Shown piece by piece: positions 48,459 through 61,099 of a DNA stretch of 64,000 nucleotides. The notes under the pieces are model-generated. The model saw nothing but the letters and a program-made list of their open reading frames with translations, was not told the DNA's origin and did not search any database. The DNA is from Mobula hypostoma (Eukaryota), in contig NC_086097.1 of the NCBI RefSeq assembly GCF_963921235.1, positions 233,618,001-233,682,000 on the forward strand. The letters are read 5' to 3'. The number at the start of each line of letters is the position of its first letter. Position 1 is the first letter of the stretch. Made by a program: the position numbers and the translations under genes.

Positions 48459-50045
48459 TAATTAATAGAGATCACAGAGTCATCACTCTTTCTGTTGGCA
48501 TACCGTACTTTCACCTGAATGGGTAGCGAGTCAAAGAGATTGCTGGATGGATCATTGACAATGCTAAAGGTTCTACCTGTCCCATGCTCCTGAAAAATAT
48601 CTCGGATGCTGTGATAACGTAGCAATTAGCACAATGCTATTACAACTTGGGGTGTTAGAGTTCAGAGTTCAGTTCTGATGACATCTGTAAGCAGACTGTA
48701 CATTCTCCCAGTGAAATGCGTGGGTTTTTTCTGGGTGCTCCGGTTTTACTTCCACAGTCCAAAGATATACCGGTTAATAGATTAATTGGTCATTGCAAAT
48801 TGTCCTGTGATCTAGCCAGGATTAACTTGTGGGTTGCTGGTCATTGCAGCTCAAAGGGCCGTACAGTCAATCTCTCACTGTATGTCAATAAATAAATAAA
48901 TATCTCAGAATGGTGGAAGAGAGGCCCCAGTAATCCTCTCAGTTGTCCTTGCAACCCTGTGTAGAGTCTTGTGATCAGATGCCTTGCAATTCCCGTACCA
49001 CGCAGTGATGTAGCCGGTCGGAGAACTCTCAGTGGTGCTCCTGTAAAAATTGGTGAGAATCTTAGAGAAATCATTGGATCATTGAAGATGCCATTCTGGT
49101 TAGTCCTGTTGAAATGCACTTAAAGAAGATTCATTTTTTTGGTCCAACTACTCATTTACATTCATTGACTGGTAGTCACCAATCCCCACAGTGTTTTACC
49201 AAGGCCAAAATTCTCTGAAAAATTATTTTTTAAAAGAGTTTCTGGAAACCTTCAAAATGCAATCATCATTCAATGTTAATGATAGAAATTTAAAGGTTTA
49301 TTGCTGCGAATAAAGCCAGCCATAGCTATGGACATTTGTGCAATTTATTGAAGATGGTAAAAGTTGGATATATTTTATGACCTCCAGTACTCATAAATTC
49401 TAGCTAAAGCTTTCACAGCTGAGGGAGGAAGTGTTCAGTGTTAACTTGTCAATGAGCCAGCCTCAGGAATTCTTAGGAAATGCTCTGAAGCAGGAAAATT
49501 AATGTTGCAATTATTGGGTTTCAGTGCTTTTGATGCTAAAGTTATGATCATAGACAGGGCAACCTAGGTGTCTGCCAGTTTTGATCATTGCCAATTCCCT
49601 GGGGAATGATTCAAGTTCAAAGTTCAAAGTAAATTTATTATCCGAGAAGTACAAATATGCCACCATATACAACCATATGATTCATTTCCTGTGGGCACAA
49701 TCAGCAAATCTATAGAATAGTAACTGTAAAATTCCATTGGAGAGACACCAAAGGCCTACCTTTAGCAACTATGGAAGAGGTTAATGTACACAATGGACAT
49801 AAATTCAGTGGGTGTGCATCCCTCTCACCCTCTCTTGGACACCATTTATTAGAATTGTATTTGTGTCCATCAATTGTTGCCTCTGAATTGGATGGATTCC
49901 TGTTAAAAGTGAATGTGAATGCTGAATTAGATACTTGCCAGGGTGGCAAAAGGCAGTACATTTCCTTCCTTGAAGAACATACGTAATTTTTTTATGACCA
50001 TCTTATAATTTCATGGATATCTTTACTCTTACTAGTGGTATACAT

Positions 50046-50098
50046 TTTATTTATTTGTTTGTTTGTTTGTTTGTTTGTTTGTTTATTTGTTTATTTGT
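50046..50098 (+). repeat. (TTTG)n/(TTTA)n microsatellite
   Basis: Direct reading. Confidence 0.9.
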
Positions 50099-50723
50099 GA
50101 TTTAAAATTCTAGCATTCACCCTTGCATTTCTTTCATCTCATTGACATACATTGTGATCTTGTACTGGCAAACTCCTTGCTGTGGTCATGGCAAAATCAG
50201 GCACTGTCTTTCCCCAGTGTTAACAAATACTTGCCTGGTTTCAATCAAAACGGGAAGGTGTGTATTTTGCTAAAGATTCCAAGGTCAACCACACCTGCAT
50301 TCTTTGTTGCCTCCCGGGTGCCAGGGTCTGGGATATCTCTGACCGGGTGCACGACATCCTGGTATGAGAGGGAAAGCAACCAGAAGTCGTAATACATGTT
50401 GGGACCAACGACATAGGCAGGAAGAGGGATGAGGTCCTGAAGTGTGAGTTTTGGGAATTAGGCAGAAGGCTGAAGAACAGAACCTCAAGGGTGACGTTCT
50501 CAGGATTGCTGCCAATGCTACGTGACAGAGATGGTAAGAATTGGAAGAGATGGCAGTTGAATGCGTGGCTGAGGAGTTGGTGCAGGGGGCAGGGTTATAG
50601 ATTTTTAGATCATTGGGATCTGTTCTGGGGAAGGTTGGACCTGTACAGATTGGATGGGTTGCACCTGAACTTGAGGGGGAGCAATATCCTTGCAGGTAGG
50701 TTTGCTAGCATGGTTCGGGAGAG

Positions 50724-50733
50724 TTTAAACTAA
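50724..50733 (+). promoter_or_regulatory. Candidate -1 frameshift slippery site T TTA AAC followed by TAA
   Basis: Same phase arrangement as 21205-21214. Confidence 0.6.
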
Positions 50734-51438
50734 TTTGCGAGGGGGATGACACCCAGAGCGATAGAGCAGTGAAAGAAGTGCATGGAGTAAAGCCAGATCT
50801 AACATACAGAGAGGCTTTGAGGAAAGAGAAGCAGAATAAATGGTGTAAAGACAGTAAGGTAGAAAGGCTGAAATGTGTGTACCTCAATGCAAGAAGCATC
50901 AGGAACAAAGGTGATGAACTGAGAGCTCGGATACATACATGGAATTATGATGTAGTGGCCATTACAGAGACTTGGCTGGCATCAGGGCAGGAATGGATTC
51001 TCAATATTCCTGGATTTCAGTGCTTTAAAAGGGATAGAGAGGGCAGAAAAAGGGGAGGAGTGGTGGCATTACTGGTCAGGGATACTATTACAGCTACAGA
51101 AAGGTTGAGTAATGTAGCAGGCCTCTTTTGAGTCAGTATGGGTGGAAGTCAGGAACAGGAAGGGAGCAGTTATTCTACTGGGGGTATTCTATAGGCCCCC
51201 TGGTAGCAGCAGAGATACAGAGGAGCAGAGTGGGAGGCAGATTTTGGCAAGGTGCAAAAATAATAGGGTTGTTATCATGGGTGACTTTAACTTCCCTAAT
51301 ATTGATTGGCACCTGATTAGTTCCAAGGGTTTAGATGGGGCAGAATTTGTTAAGTGTGTCCAGGATGGATTCTTGTCACAGTATGTGGACAGGCCGACCA
51401 GGGGGAATACCATACTAGATCTAGTACTAGGTAATGAA

Positions 51439-52190
51439 CATAGAAACATAGAAACATAGAAAATAGGTGCAGGAGTAGGTCATTCGGCCCTTCGAGCCTG
51501 CACCGCCATTCAATATGATCATGGTTGATCATCCAACTCAGAACCCTGCACCAGCCTTCCCTCCATACCCCCCGATCCCTTTAGCCACAAGGGCCATATC
51601 TAACTCCCTCTTAAATATAGCCAATGAACTGGCCTCAACTGTTTCCTGTGGCAGAGAATTCCACAGATTCACCACTCTCTGTGTGAAGAAGTTTTTCCTA
51701 ATCTCGGTCTTAAAAGGCTTCCCCTTTATCCTCAAACTGTGACCCCTTGTTCTGGACTTCCCCAACATCGGGAACAATCTTCCTGCATCTAGCCTGTCCA
51801 ATCCCTTTAGGATTTTATACATTTCAATCAAATCCTCCCTCAATCTTCTAAATTCCAACGAGTACAAGCCCAGTTCATCCAGTCTTTCTTCATATGAAAG
51901 TCCTGCCAACCCAGGAGTCAATCTGGTGAACCTTCTTTGTACTCCCTCTATGGCAAGGATGTCTTTCCTCAGATTAGGGGACCAAAACTGCACACAATAC
52001 TCCAGGTATGGTCTCACCAAGGGCTTGTACAACTGCAGTAGTACCTCCCTGCTCCTGTACTCGAATCCTCTCGCTAGAAATGCCAGCATACCATTCGCCT
52101 TTTTCACCCCCTGCTGTACCTGCATGCCCACTTTCAATGACTGGTGTATAATGACACCCAGGTCTCGTTGCACCTCCCCTTTTCCTAATC
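51439..52190 (-). mobile_element. CR1 family A 3' fragment nested antisense in family B
   Basis: Reverse complement of about 23573-24318; (CATAGAAA)n tail. Confidence 0.95.
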
Positions 52191-55109
52191 TCTCAGTGGG
52201 TGAGCATCTGGGGGACAGTGACCACCGCTCCCTGGCCTTTATAATTATCATGGAAAAGGATAGAATCAAAGGGGACAGGAAAATTTTTAATTGGGGAAAG
52301 GCAAATTATGAGGCTATAAGGCTAGAAATTGCGGGTGTGAATTGGAATGATGTTTTTGCAGGGAAATGTACTATGGACATGTGGTCGATGTTTAGAGATC
52401 TCTTGCGGGATGTAAGGGATAAATTTGTCCTGGTGAGGAAGATAAAGAACGGTAGGGTGAAGGAACCATAAGTGACAAGTGAGGGGAAAATCTAGTCAAG
52501 TGGAAGAAGGTAGCATACATGAGATTTAGGAAGCAAGGATCAGATGGGTCTATTGAGGAATATAGGGAAGCAAGAAAGGAGCTTAAGAAGGGGCTGAGAA
52601 GAGCAAGAAGGGGGCATGAGAAGGCCTTGGTGAGTAGGGTAAAGGAAAACCCCAAGGCATTCTTCAATTATGTGAAGAAAAAAAGGATGACAGGAGTGAA
52701 GGTAGGACCGATTAGAGATAAAGGTGGGAAGATGTGCCTGAAGGCTGTGGAAGTGAGCGAGGTCCTCAATGAATACTTCTCTTCGGTATTCACCAATGAG
52801 AGGGAACTTGATGATGGTGAGGACAATATGAGTGAGGTTGATGTTCTGGAGCATGCTAATATTAAGGGAGAGGAGGTGTTAGAGTTGTTAAAAAACATTA
52901 GGACAGATAAGTCCCCGGGGCCTGACGGAATATTCCCCAGGCTGCTCCACGAGGCAAGAGAAGAGATTGCTGAGCCTCTGGCTAGGATCTTTATGTCCTC
53001 GTTGTCCACGGGAATGGTACCAGAGGATTGGAGGGAGGCGAATGTTGTTCCCTTGTTCAAAAAAGGTAGTAGGGATAGTCTGGGTAATTATAGACCAGTG
53101 AGCCTTACGTCTGTGGTGGGAAAGCTGTTGGAAAAGATTCTTAGAGATAGGATCTATAGGCATTTAGAGAATCATGGTCTGATCAGGGACAGTCAGCATG
53201 GCTTTGTGAAGGGCAGATCGTGTCTAACAAGCCTGATAGAGTTCTTTGAGGAGGTGACCAGGCATATAGATGAGGGTAGTGCAGTGGATGTGATCTATAT
53301 GGATTTTAGTAAGGCATTTGACAAGGTTCCACACTGTAGGCTTATTCAGAAAGTTAGAAGGCATGGGATCCAGGGAAGTTTGGCCAGATGGATTCAGAAT
53401 TGGCTTGCCTGCAGAAGGCAGAGGGTGGTGGTGGAGGGAGTACATTCAGATTGGACGATTATGACTAGTGGTGTCCCACAAGAATCTGTTCTGGGACCTC
53501 TACTTTTTGTGATTTTTATTAAGGACCTGGATGTGGGGGTAGAAGGGTGGGTTGGCAAGTTTGCAAACGACACAAAGGTTGGTGGTGTTGTAGATAGTGT
53601 AGAGGATTGTCAAAGATTGCAGAGAGACATTGATAGGATGCAGAAGTGGGCTGAGAAATGGCAGATGGAGTGCAACCCGGAGAAATGTGAGGTGGTATAC
53701 TTTGGAAGGACAAACTCCAAGGCAGAGTACAAAGTAAATGGCAGGATACTTGGTAGTGTGGAGGAGCAGAGGGATCTCAGAGTACATGTCCACAGAGCCC
53801 TGAAAGTTGCCTCACAGGTGGATAGGGTAGTTAAGAAAGCTTATGGGGTGTTAGCTTTCATAAGTTGAGGGATAGAGTTTAAGAGTCGCAATGTAATGAT
53901 GCAGCTCTATAAAACTCTGGTTAGGCCACACTTGGAGTATTGTGTCCAGTTCTGGTCACCTCACTATAGGAAGGATGTGGAAGCATTGGAAAGGGTACAG
54001 AGGAGATTTACCAGGATGCTGCCTGGTTTAGAAAGTATGCATTATGATCAGAGATTAAGGGAGCTAGGGCTTTACTCTTTGGAGAGAAGGAGGATGAGAG
54101 AAGACATGATAGAGGTGTACAAGATAATAAGAGGAATAGATAGAGTGGATAGCCAGCGCCTCTTCCCCAGGGCACCATTGCTCAATACAAGGGGACATGG
54201 CTTTAAGGTAAGGGGTGGGAAGTTCAAGGGGGATATTAGAGGAAGGTTTTTTACTCAGAGAGTGGTTGGTGCATGGAATGCACTGCCTGAGCCAGTGGTG
54301 GAGGCAGATACACTAGTGAAGTTTAAGAGACTACTAGACAGGTATATGGAGGAATCTAAGGTGGGGGCTTATATGGGAGGCAGGGTTTGAGGGTCGGCAC
54401 AACATTGTGGGCCGAAGGGCCTGTACTGTGCTGTACTATTCTATGTTACCACAGGGCTGGATAAGATCAATTTGTTCAGTAGGACAATGTCAAGTAAATT
54501 TACATCAGTTCTGAAGCTGGTACCTGGGAGGGAGGGTAGGGTGCGATTTACATACAGCTCTGGACTAGAAGGAAAAGGTAAAGCAAGAAAGAAGCACTAG
54601 TCTGGCTTGTTTCTCCTTGTCAGCAGTGAAGTCCTAAATCCTGGATCAACAACACAAACCTCCATCTTAGTTTTCTACACCTTTCTTGGACCTCCACAGG
54701 TTCAGCTGCTCTCCAGGGAGTAGCTTTATATGAGGCCTGTCTGCTCCCCAGATAAAGACTGCTTAATTTGGTCCTGTATTTTTTCTTATAACAAGTAATT
54801 TACTTTGATAAATTTGTACAAGAGTACAGGATATGCTTCAAAGAAGCAAATTAACAGTATTAAGATACAGGAACTCCAATTACACTGACTAAAAAAATAG
54901 ATCATGTCAGTTTGCTTTTTCTGGAAGCTAACAAAAGTACATTAGTTGAGACTAATCATTCATTCTGATCTGGTTTCAGCTGCACTGCCACCGATCTCTT
55001 CAGAGTAATCAATTGCATCAGGAGCTGATAATAGAAGAATAAATCGCTCGATCTGAAAGAAAGCTACTGGCTGGCACAGTTGATATGAGATGTCCTTCTC
55101 ACCCTTGAG

Positions 55110-55520
55110 GATATCTTTAAAATACAGTGCCTATAGAAGGCAGTATCCATCTTTGGGGCCCTCACTATCCAGGACATGTCCTCTTCTCATTACTGCCACC
55201 AGGGAGGAGGTACAGGAGCCTGATGACCCACATTCAGCAACTTCTTCCTCTCTGCCATCAGATCTCTGAATGGTCCATCAACCCACAGACACAACCTCAC
55301 TATTTAGCTGTATTTTTGCACCATTTATTAATATTGTTTGGCTTTCAGCTCCTGGAATTATTTTCATATGTTTCTTATATAAAATTATTTAATTAAGTGT
55401 TAATAACATTATATTATTTGATATATTTTAATATATTCGTATTGTAACTTATAAGTTTTTAATGTAATGCACTGCAGTGCACTGCTAGAGCAAAACAACA
55501 TGTTTCACAGCATGTCAGTG
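55110..55520 (+). mobile_element. Rex1/Babar-type LINE 3' end
   Basis: PHYPGHVLFSLLPPGRRYRSL. Confidence 0.7.
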
Positions 55521-56484
55521 AATATAATGTAGAATTTTATTCAGAATCCTCAAAGCAAATATATATTTTACAGTTTGCATCTGTATCAACAGCAATGACA
55601 AATGTATCTATATTTATTTTCAATAATAAGGATTGCAGTGATAGAAATAATTATTTTCTTAAAGTTGCAGCAGGTGCAGTGAATGACTGCCAATCAGTTA
55701 TACAGCTCGCAACTTTTTTTCCATAAGATTTCGTTTCAAGTAAGCTTTAATCATTACAAGCCAGAACACACACAAAATGCAGGTCAGGCAACATCTATGG
55801 AGGGAAATGAATAGTCAATGTTTTAGAGCAAGAACTTTCACTCATGTCTGATCAGGACTGATGAAGGTTTTTGGTCAAAAATGCTAGCTGTTCATTTTCC
55901 TCCATAAATGATGCCTGCTTGAATACTTTTTTTAAATGTGTTGCTCAAGATCTCTACAGAATTTCTTATGTCTCCTCTTTACAAATAGACTGCTGCTTAT
56001 TAGAATGGCAAAGAAGTGTGCTCATGCTGAGGAATGCAATAGCTACTCAGCATCTAGTAGTCTCAAATTCTGTGTAGCACAGCCAATACAGGCTGAGCTC
56101 TCTCCTCGACTGCCTTGTCATTATGCTATAGTCCCAGATTCCTACATATTTCTCTGAGAGCAATTAATAACTAGTGTTGTTTTTGTATTTTTTGAGATAT
56201 GTCTTTTTCTTCTGAAAGTATAAAACAAAACTAAAAAGCCTGGCAGCACTTGTGGAGTTCCGGGATTTCAATTCAATGCAACTGATGATCTTGTGGATTC
56301 TCCATCTTACTTGCAATTCTGATGACTCATCAGCCTGACTCATCAGAAAGAGTCTTTCTCACGACATAGCCTGCCCTTTTTTTTGTTTTATACTTCCAGG
56401 AGGAAAAGACATATGTCAAAAAATTTGCAAAAACAGCACTAGTTCTCACAGATGGGAAGAAATTTAGAAAATACTTTATGCCTT

Positions 56485-56930
56485 TATCTATCTACTAAAG
56501 TGCATGATCATATACTTCCCTACACAATGTTCCAACTGCCACTTCTTTGTCAATCCGTCGAAGTCCTTCTGCAGATTCCCTGCTTCTTCAACACAACCTG
56601 TCCTTCTGCCTGTCTTTGTATTGTCTGAAAACTTGGCTGCAAGGCCATCAATTCTGTCATCTAAATCACAGACATATAACATGGAAAGAAGTGGTCTCAA
56701 CACTGACCCCTGTAGAACACCACAAGGCACCAGCTGTCAAGTAGGACAGGCCCCATTTATTCACACACTGTGCCTCCTGCCAGTGAGCCAATGTTCTATC
56801 CATGCCAGTAACTTTCCTCTAACACCAGGGGTTCGTAACTTGTTTAGCAGCCATATGTGTTTTACCTTGTCAAACGCCTTCTGAAAATCTAGGTAAACAA
56901 CATCCAGTCATTCCTTTGTCTATCCTGCCT
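56485..56930 (-). mobile_element. CR1 RT fragment
   Basis: GVLQGSVLRP..KFSDNTK; KAFDKV. Confidence 0.8.
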
Positions 56931-59564
56931 GCTGAGACCTGATGCTGAGACCTCTCCAGCTTAAGTCCTAGCCTGGGCCTGTTGTCAACCATGCCTGCTG
57001 AGCTGACACATGGCTGTTCTAACACTGGTGCCCTCTAATACTGTCTGCTCTGACACTGTCCACTCCACCCCCTTCCCCCCACCCCAAGTCTCAAAGTGAT
57101 TATAATGATTGCAGCCCGTGGAAAAGTTCCGAAAGGCTCTGAGCTCTTATCAAACCTTGCACAACCTCGCCAGTGAATGATCTCTTGCAATGATTGATTT
57201 AATTGACAAAGTGTTTTACTACGGAGAAATTTGGAATATACAAGAATTAAGAATTGTCTTTTTAAAGGCTGCTGACAGGTAGTAAATGCTTATTGAGTGA
57301 ATAAAAGATTATAGGTTGACATAAGCATTTGCCAGCAGGAGCTAAATCTTTCTGATCAATACACACTTAATAAAACTTTATCTACTTCACCCCTGTTTGG
57401 GAACAAAGCATAACATTATCCTATTTTTTGTAGCTTACATGTATATTACAGGGATATAATTAGAAGTCTGGGCAGAACAACAATCATTTATGTGGTTTTA
57501 GTTCAGCCCATGTAACACTTATATAGAGTATGGAAGATTAATTTGCCAAATAATTATAGAAAATATGTAATTTTCAGTTCTCACTAATTTTTTTCTCCTA
57601 GAGAAGGGAGTAATGGAATTCTAATTTAGATAGCGTTTTCAGTTAATTTTCTCAGTTATTCTCAGATGGGAAAATGTTTGGATGACTTATTTTTCTGAAG
57701 CAGTAATATTTTTCATTCCTCAAGTAGCTTTACACATGAATTACACTGAAACAATTATCTCATATTTAACCAGCTGAACTGTCAGCCAATGGCATTATTG
57801 CTTGGATATCGCAAACATAATAGAGGGCACTGATAGCACAAAGGCTATTCCCTCTGTAATTGGTTCCGCAGTCTAGTCAGGGATCTGGTCAAGCTGGAAA
57901 GCATGTTCCTTACTGCAGCCCTAGACCCACAAGTAGGGAGGAACTCTGAGTCCCTTGTTGCATTTCCCCTGGCTGGATTGCTATCTATAAACACAGGAGA
58001 TTTATTTTATTTTCAGGTACAGTGCAGAACAGCTCCTTCCGGCGCAACGAGCCCCACTGCCCAGCAAACCACCTTTTTAACCCTAGCCTAATGACAGGAC
58101 AATTTACAATGACCAATTAACCTGCTACTGCTACTTTCTTTGGACTTTGGGAGGAAACCAGGTCCCTGGAGGAAACTCTTGATTATGAATGTACAAACTT
58201 CCTTACAGAGGGCACCGGAATTGAGCTCCAAATTCCAACGCCCCAAGCTGCAATAGCGTTGCACTTACCGCCATGCCATCGTGGGGCTCCAGAATCTCCA
58301 GATGCTGGAAACCCAGAGCAACACACACAAAATGTGGCATCAATGAAGAGGAATAAACTGTTTCGACTTTTATTCCCCTCCATAGATGATTCCCTGGCCT
58401 GCGGAGTTCCTCCGGCATTCTGTGTGTGCAGCTCTTGATTGCCATCCGGCTGGTGAGAAACTGGGAGTGTAACAGTGCACTGCTGATTCCTGGCAGCACT
58501 GTCACATCCCTGGGGCTGAACAATGAGTACAGACCCATTGTCGCTCGTGCCAGTGGTGGAGTGCAGAAGCACAGTGGCAGGAAGCAAAAGCTAATGTCCA
58601 GTCGCTCCAAAGCCGTGTGGCATCTGCCTGTGCTGACCTCTGCCATTGGACATTGTAGCAGTATTGGGACCTTTAATATTAACAGTGAGTTAGCTAGCTC
58701 TTCTAAGCTCAATACTCCAGCCACTGTTGAGTAGTTCGATTCAAGTCCAGTCGCTTTTATTGTCATTTGAACTATAACTGCCGGCACAGTACACAGTAAA
58801 AACGAAACAACGTTCCTCCAGGAACATGGTGCTACATAAAACAACACAAAACTACACTAGCTGAAAGCATTCATCTGTCAGGTGCCCATGTGTGTTTTGT
58901 TATGAGTGCAGAAAGTTGGTGTGATTTGCTGCCATCTCTGCTGTCCTTGCTAAACGTGTGGTCATCATACTTTGTACACTAGCGAGATCAGTTCCTCATT
59001 ACATCACAACAAACAGTAATTTCTTTGGGGATGCATTTTTTTCATCCTTCATGGTTTCGTGCGATAGCAAACTCCCCGACCCAACCATCTCATGGGATAT
59101 TTCCATTTCTTGCCAGAATTTCAATGGTTAGTGTGAGTAAAATAGTTTGCCTGTGCTACCATTGTTGGCAGGGATTCCCAACCGCAGTAACACCCTATGG
59201 GTATTCCACTCAATGTGCATCACTCTTTGAGCTACAGCATTGATTTGTGCTGGTTAGTTGCAGCAGGTCCAGGATACTCCTGAAATTGGAAATGGATGGC
59301 ATAGCACAGTTTTTTGTTCAGCACTGTGCAATCCAATTTAGCCCAGAGAAAATTGTTTTCACAATCATTTCCAGGTGATACTGTGCCAATGATACAGATG
59401 GGCTGCACACTTCCAAAGGAGTTCCCTGTTAGCACAAACGGGACATTTTCTCTTTCAGACAGGAATCTATAATGCCGATGGTCACACAGCACACATTACA
59501 ACCAATTCCAATGTAAATCAGAGCTCCTGGCAGCAGACTTCATTATTTATCAATCACAAGAAAA

Positions 59565-59770
59565 CCAGGAGCACAACATGCATAAAATGCTGGAGGAATT
59601 CAGCAGGTCAGGCAGCATCTATAGAAAGGAACAACCCTTGATATTTAGGACTTGACCTGAAAATTCGACTGTTTATTCCCCTCCATAGATGCTGCCTGAC
59701 CTGTTGATTTCGTCCAGCATTTTGTGTGTGTTTTTCTGGATTTTCAGCACCTGTCAAATCTCTTGTGTTG
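59565..59770. mobile_element. Inverted dimer of Penelope-like termini
   Basis: aaaatgctggaggaattcagcaggtcaggcagcatctat versus atagatgctgcctgacctgttgatttcgtccagcatttt. Confidence 0.78.
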
Positions 59771-61099
59771 AAGGAGCACAATGATATATTTTTCATGAAG
59801 GTAGAATCAGAATTAGAATCTGAATCAGGTTCATTATCACCAATGTATGTTGTGAATCTGGTTGTTTTTCTGGCATCAGTAATTTAAAAAATATTCAAAG
59901 TTAGAATGAAAAAAATAAAAGCAAATAATAAATAGGTATACCTGTATAGATAAATAGTACAAAAGAGGAAAAGCGAGCTACTCTTTATGGATTCACTGGA
60001 AATTCAGTAATCTGATGGCTAATAGGACAAATTTCTTCCTAATATGGGATCTTACATTTCCTCCCTGACAGTAGTGAACATTTAAATGAACTCTCTGCTT
60101 GAATCAGAGCTCCCCCACAATTCATTGAACCTCCTCCTGCTGTCCTCCAGTTTTATGAACAGGGAGCACTTGCTGCAGCTTTTAACTGCTGAGTAATTAA
60201 TGCAGTGAGCACGTCAGCTGCAGTATTTATTGAAAAGAAATACTGAGCTTTGTATCACAGGTGACTCGGGGAGGGTGGGGGCCTCCAGACAGTTAACAAT
60301 AAAGAGTCTATGGTGCACAGAGAGCTTTGAAAGATGAAGGTTGCAGCTGAAACTCTCTGAGGAGCTAAGTCTGGGAAGATTCTGTTTTCAAAAGCTATCG
60401 CCACTGGGATATGTGCAGCCTTCAACCCCACCACAGTCATCAGGTATATTTAAAGCGGAGGCTCTTGATTAATAAGGGCTTCAAATGATAAGGGGAGAAG
60501 GCTGGTGAATGGGGTTGAGAGGCATAATAAATCAGTTATGATGGAATGACATTAGACTTAATGGGTCAAATAGTCTTATGGTCTTAACTGAAAAGTGTCA
60601 CACATCAGAGCTTGCTGCTCATGTGTTTTTGAGAATTAACCTTGGTTCTTCATTTAATGAGGATGGGCTTTGCATGTTCTGATATCAAAGCAGACCAGGT
60701 GGGAATTGTGGGCATTTGTAACTGCTGGCATTGTTAGCTTTTCCAAAGCCCAGTGTGTCTTCAGTTATGTTGTATCTTTGCACAACTACATATCAAATAA
60801 AATAAAAGCATGCACGCAGGAGATGGCTTTAACTGGTGTATTCACATTGCAGTGAGAGAAAGGGAGAAATAGATCAGTACGTATGTGTAGACAACAGATC
60901 AATATGTAGTGCTAGGGAGAGTCATTGCTCTAAAAGAAATAGATCTATACATTACAATTACTTCCTCTTTAGTTCAATGGAACATAAAACTGATTATGTA
61001 TAAAAAATTCAATTTCCTTTTTATAAAACCTTATTCCAAATAAACATACATTCACAGTAACAGCCCATAACTAATTTCACAGTTCTAAAGGTTCAGTCT

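Larger units (their letters stand above)
50300..54447 (+). mobile_element. CR1 family B, truncated in ORF1; ORF2 disrupted
   Basis: HVGTND and DGLHLN esterase motifs up to the stop at 50733; ORF2 pieces 50769-54390 with a frameshift near 51125 and stops at 52469 and 53866. Confidence 0.94.

Noticed and set aside
51538..52471. Overlapping 243-aa and 181-aa ORFs on opposite strands
   Set aside because: Chimeras created by the nested antisense CR1 junction
58203..58847. 214-aa minus-strand ORF
   Set aside because: Spans SINE, Penelope and LINE-tail repeats; no domain motifs
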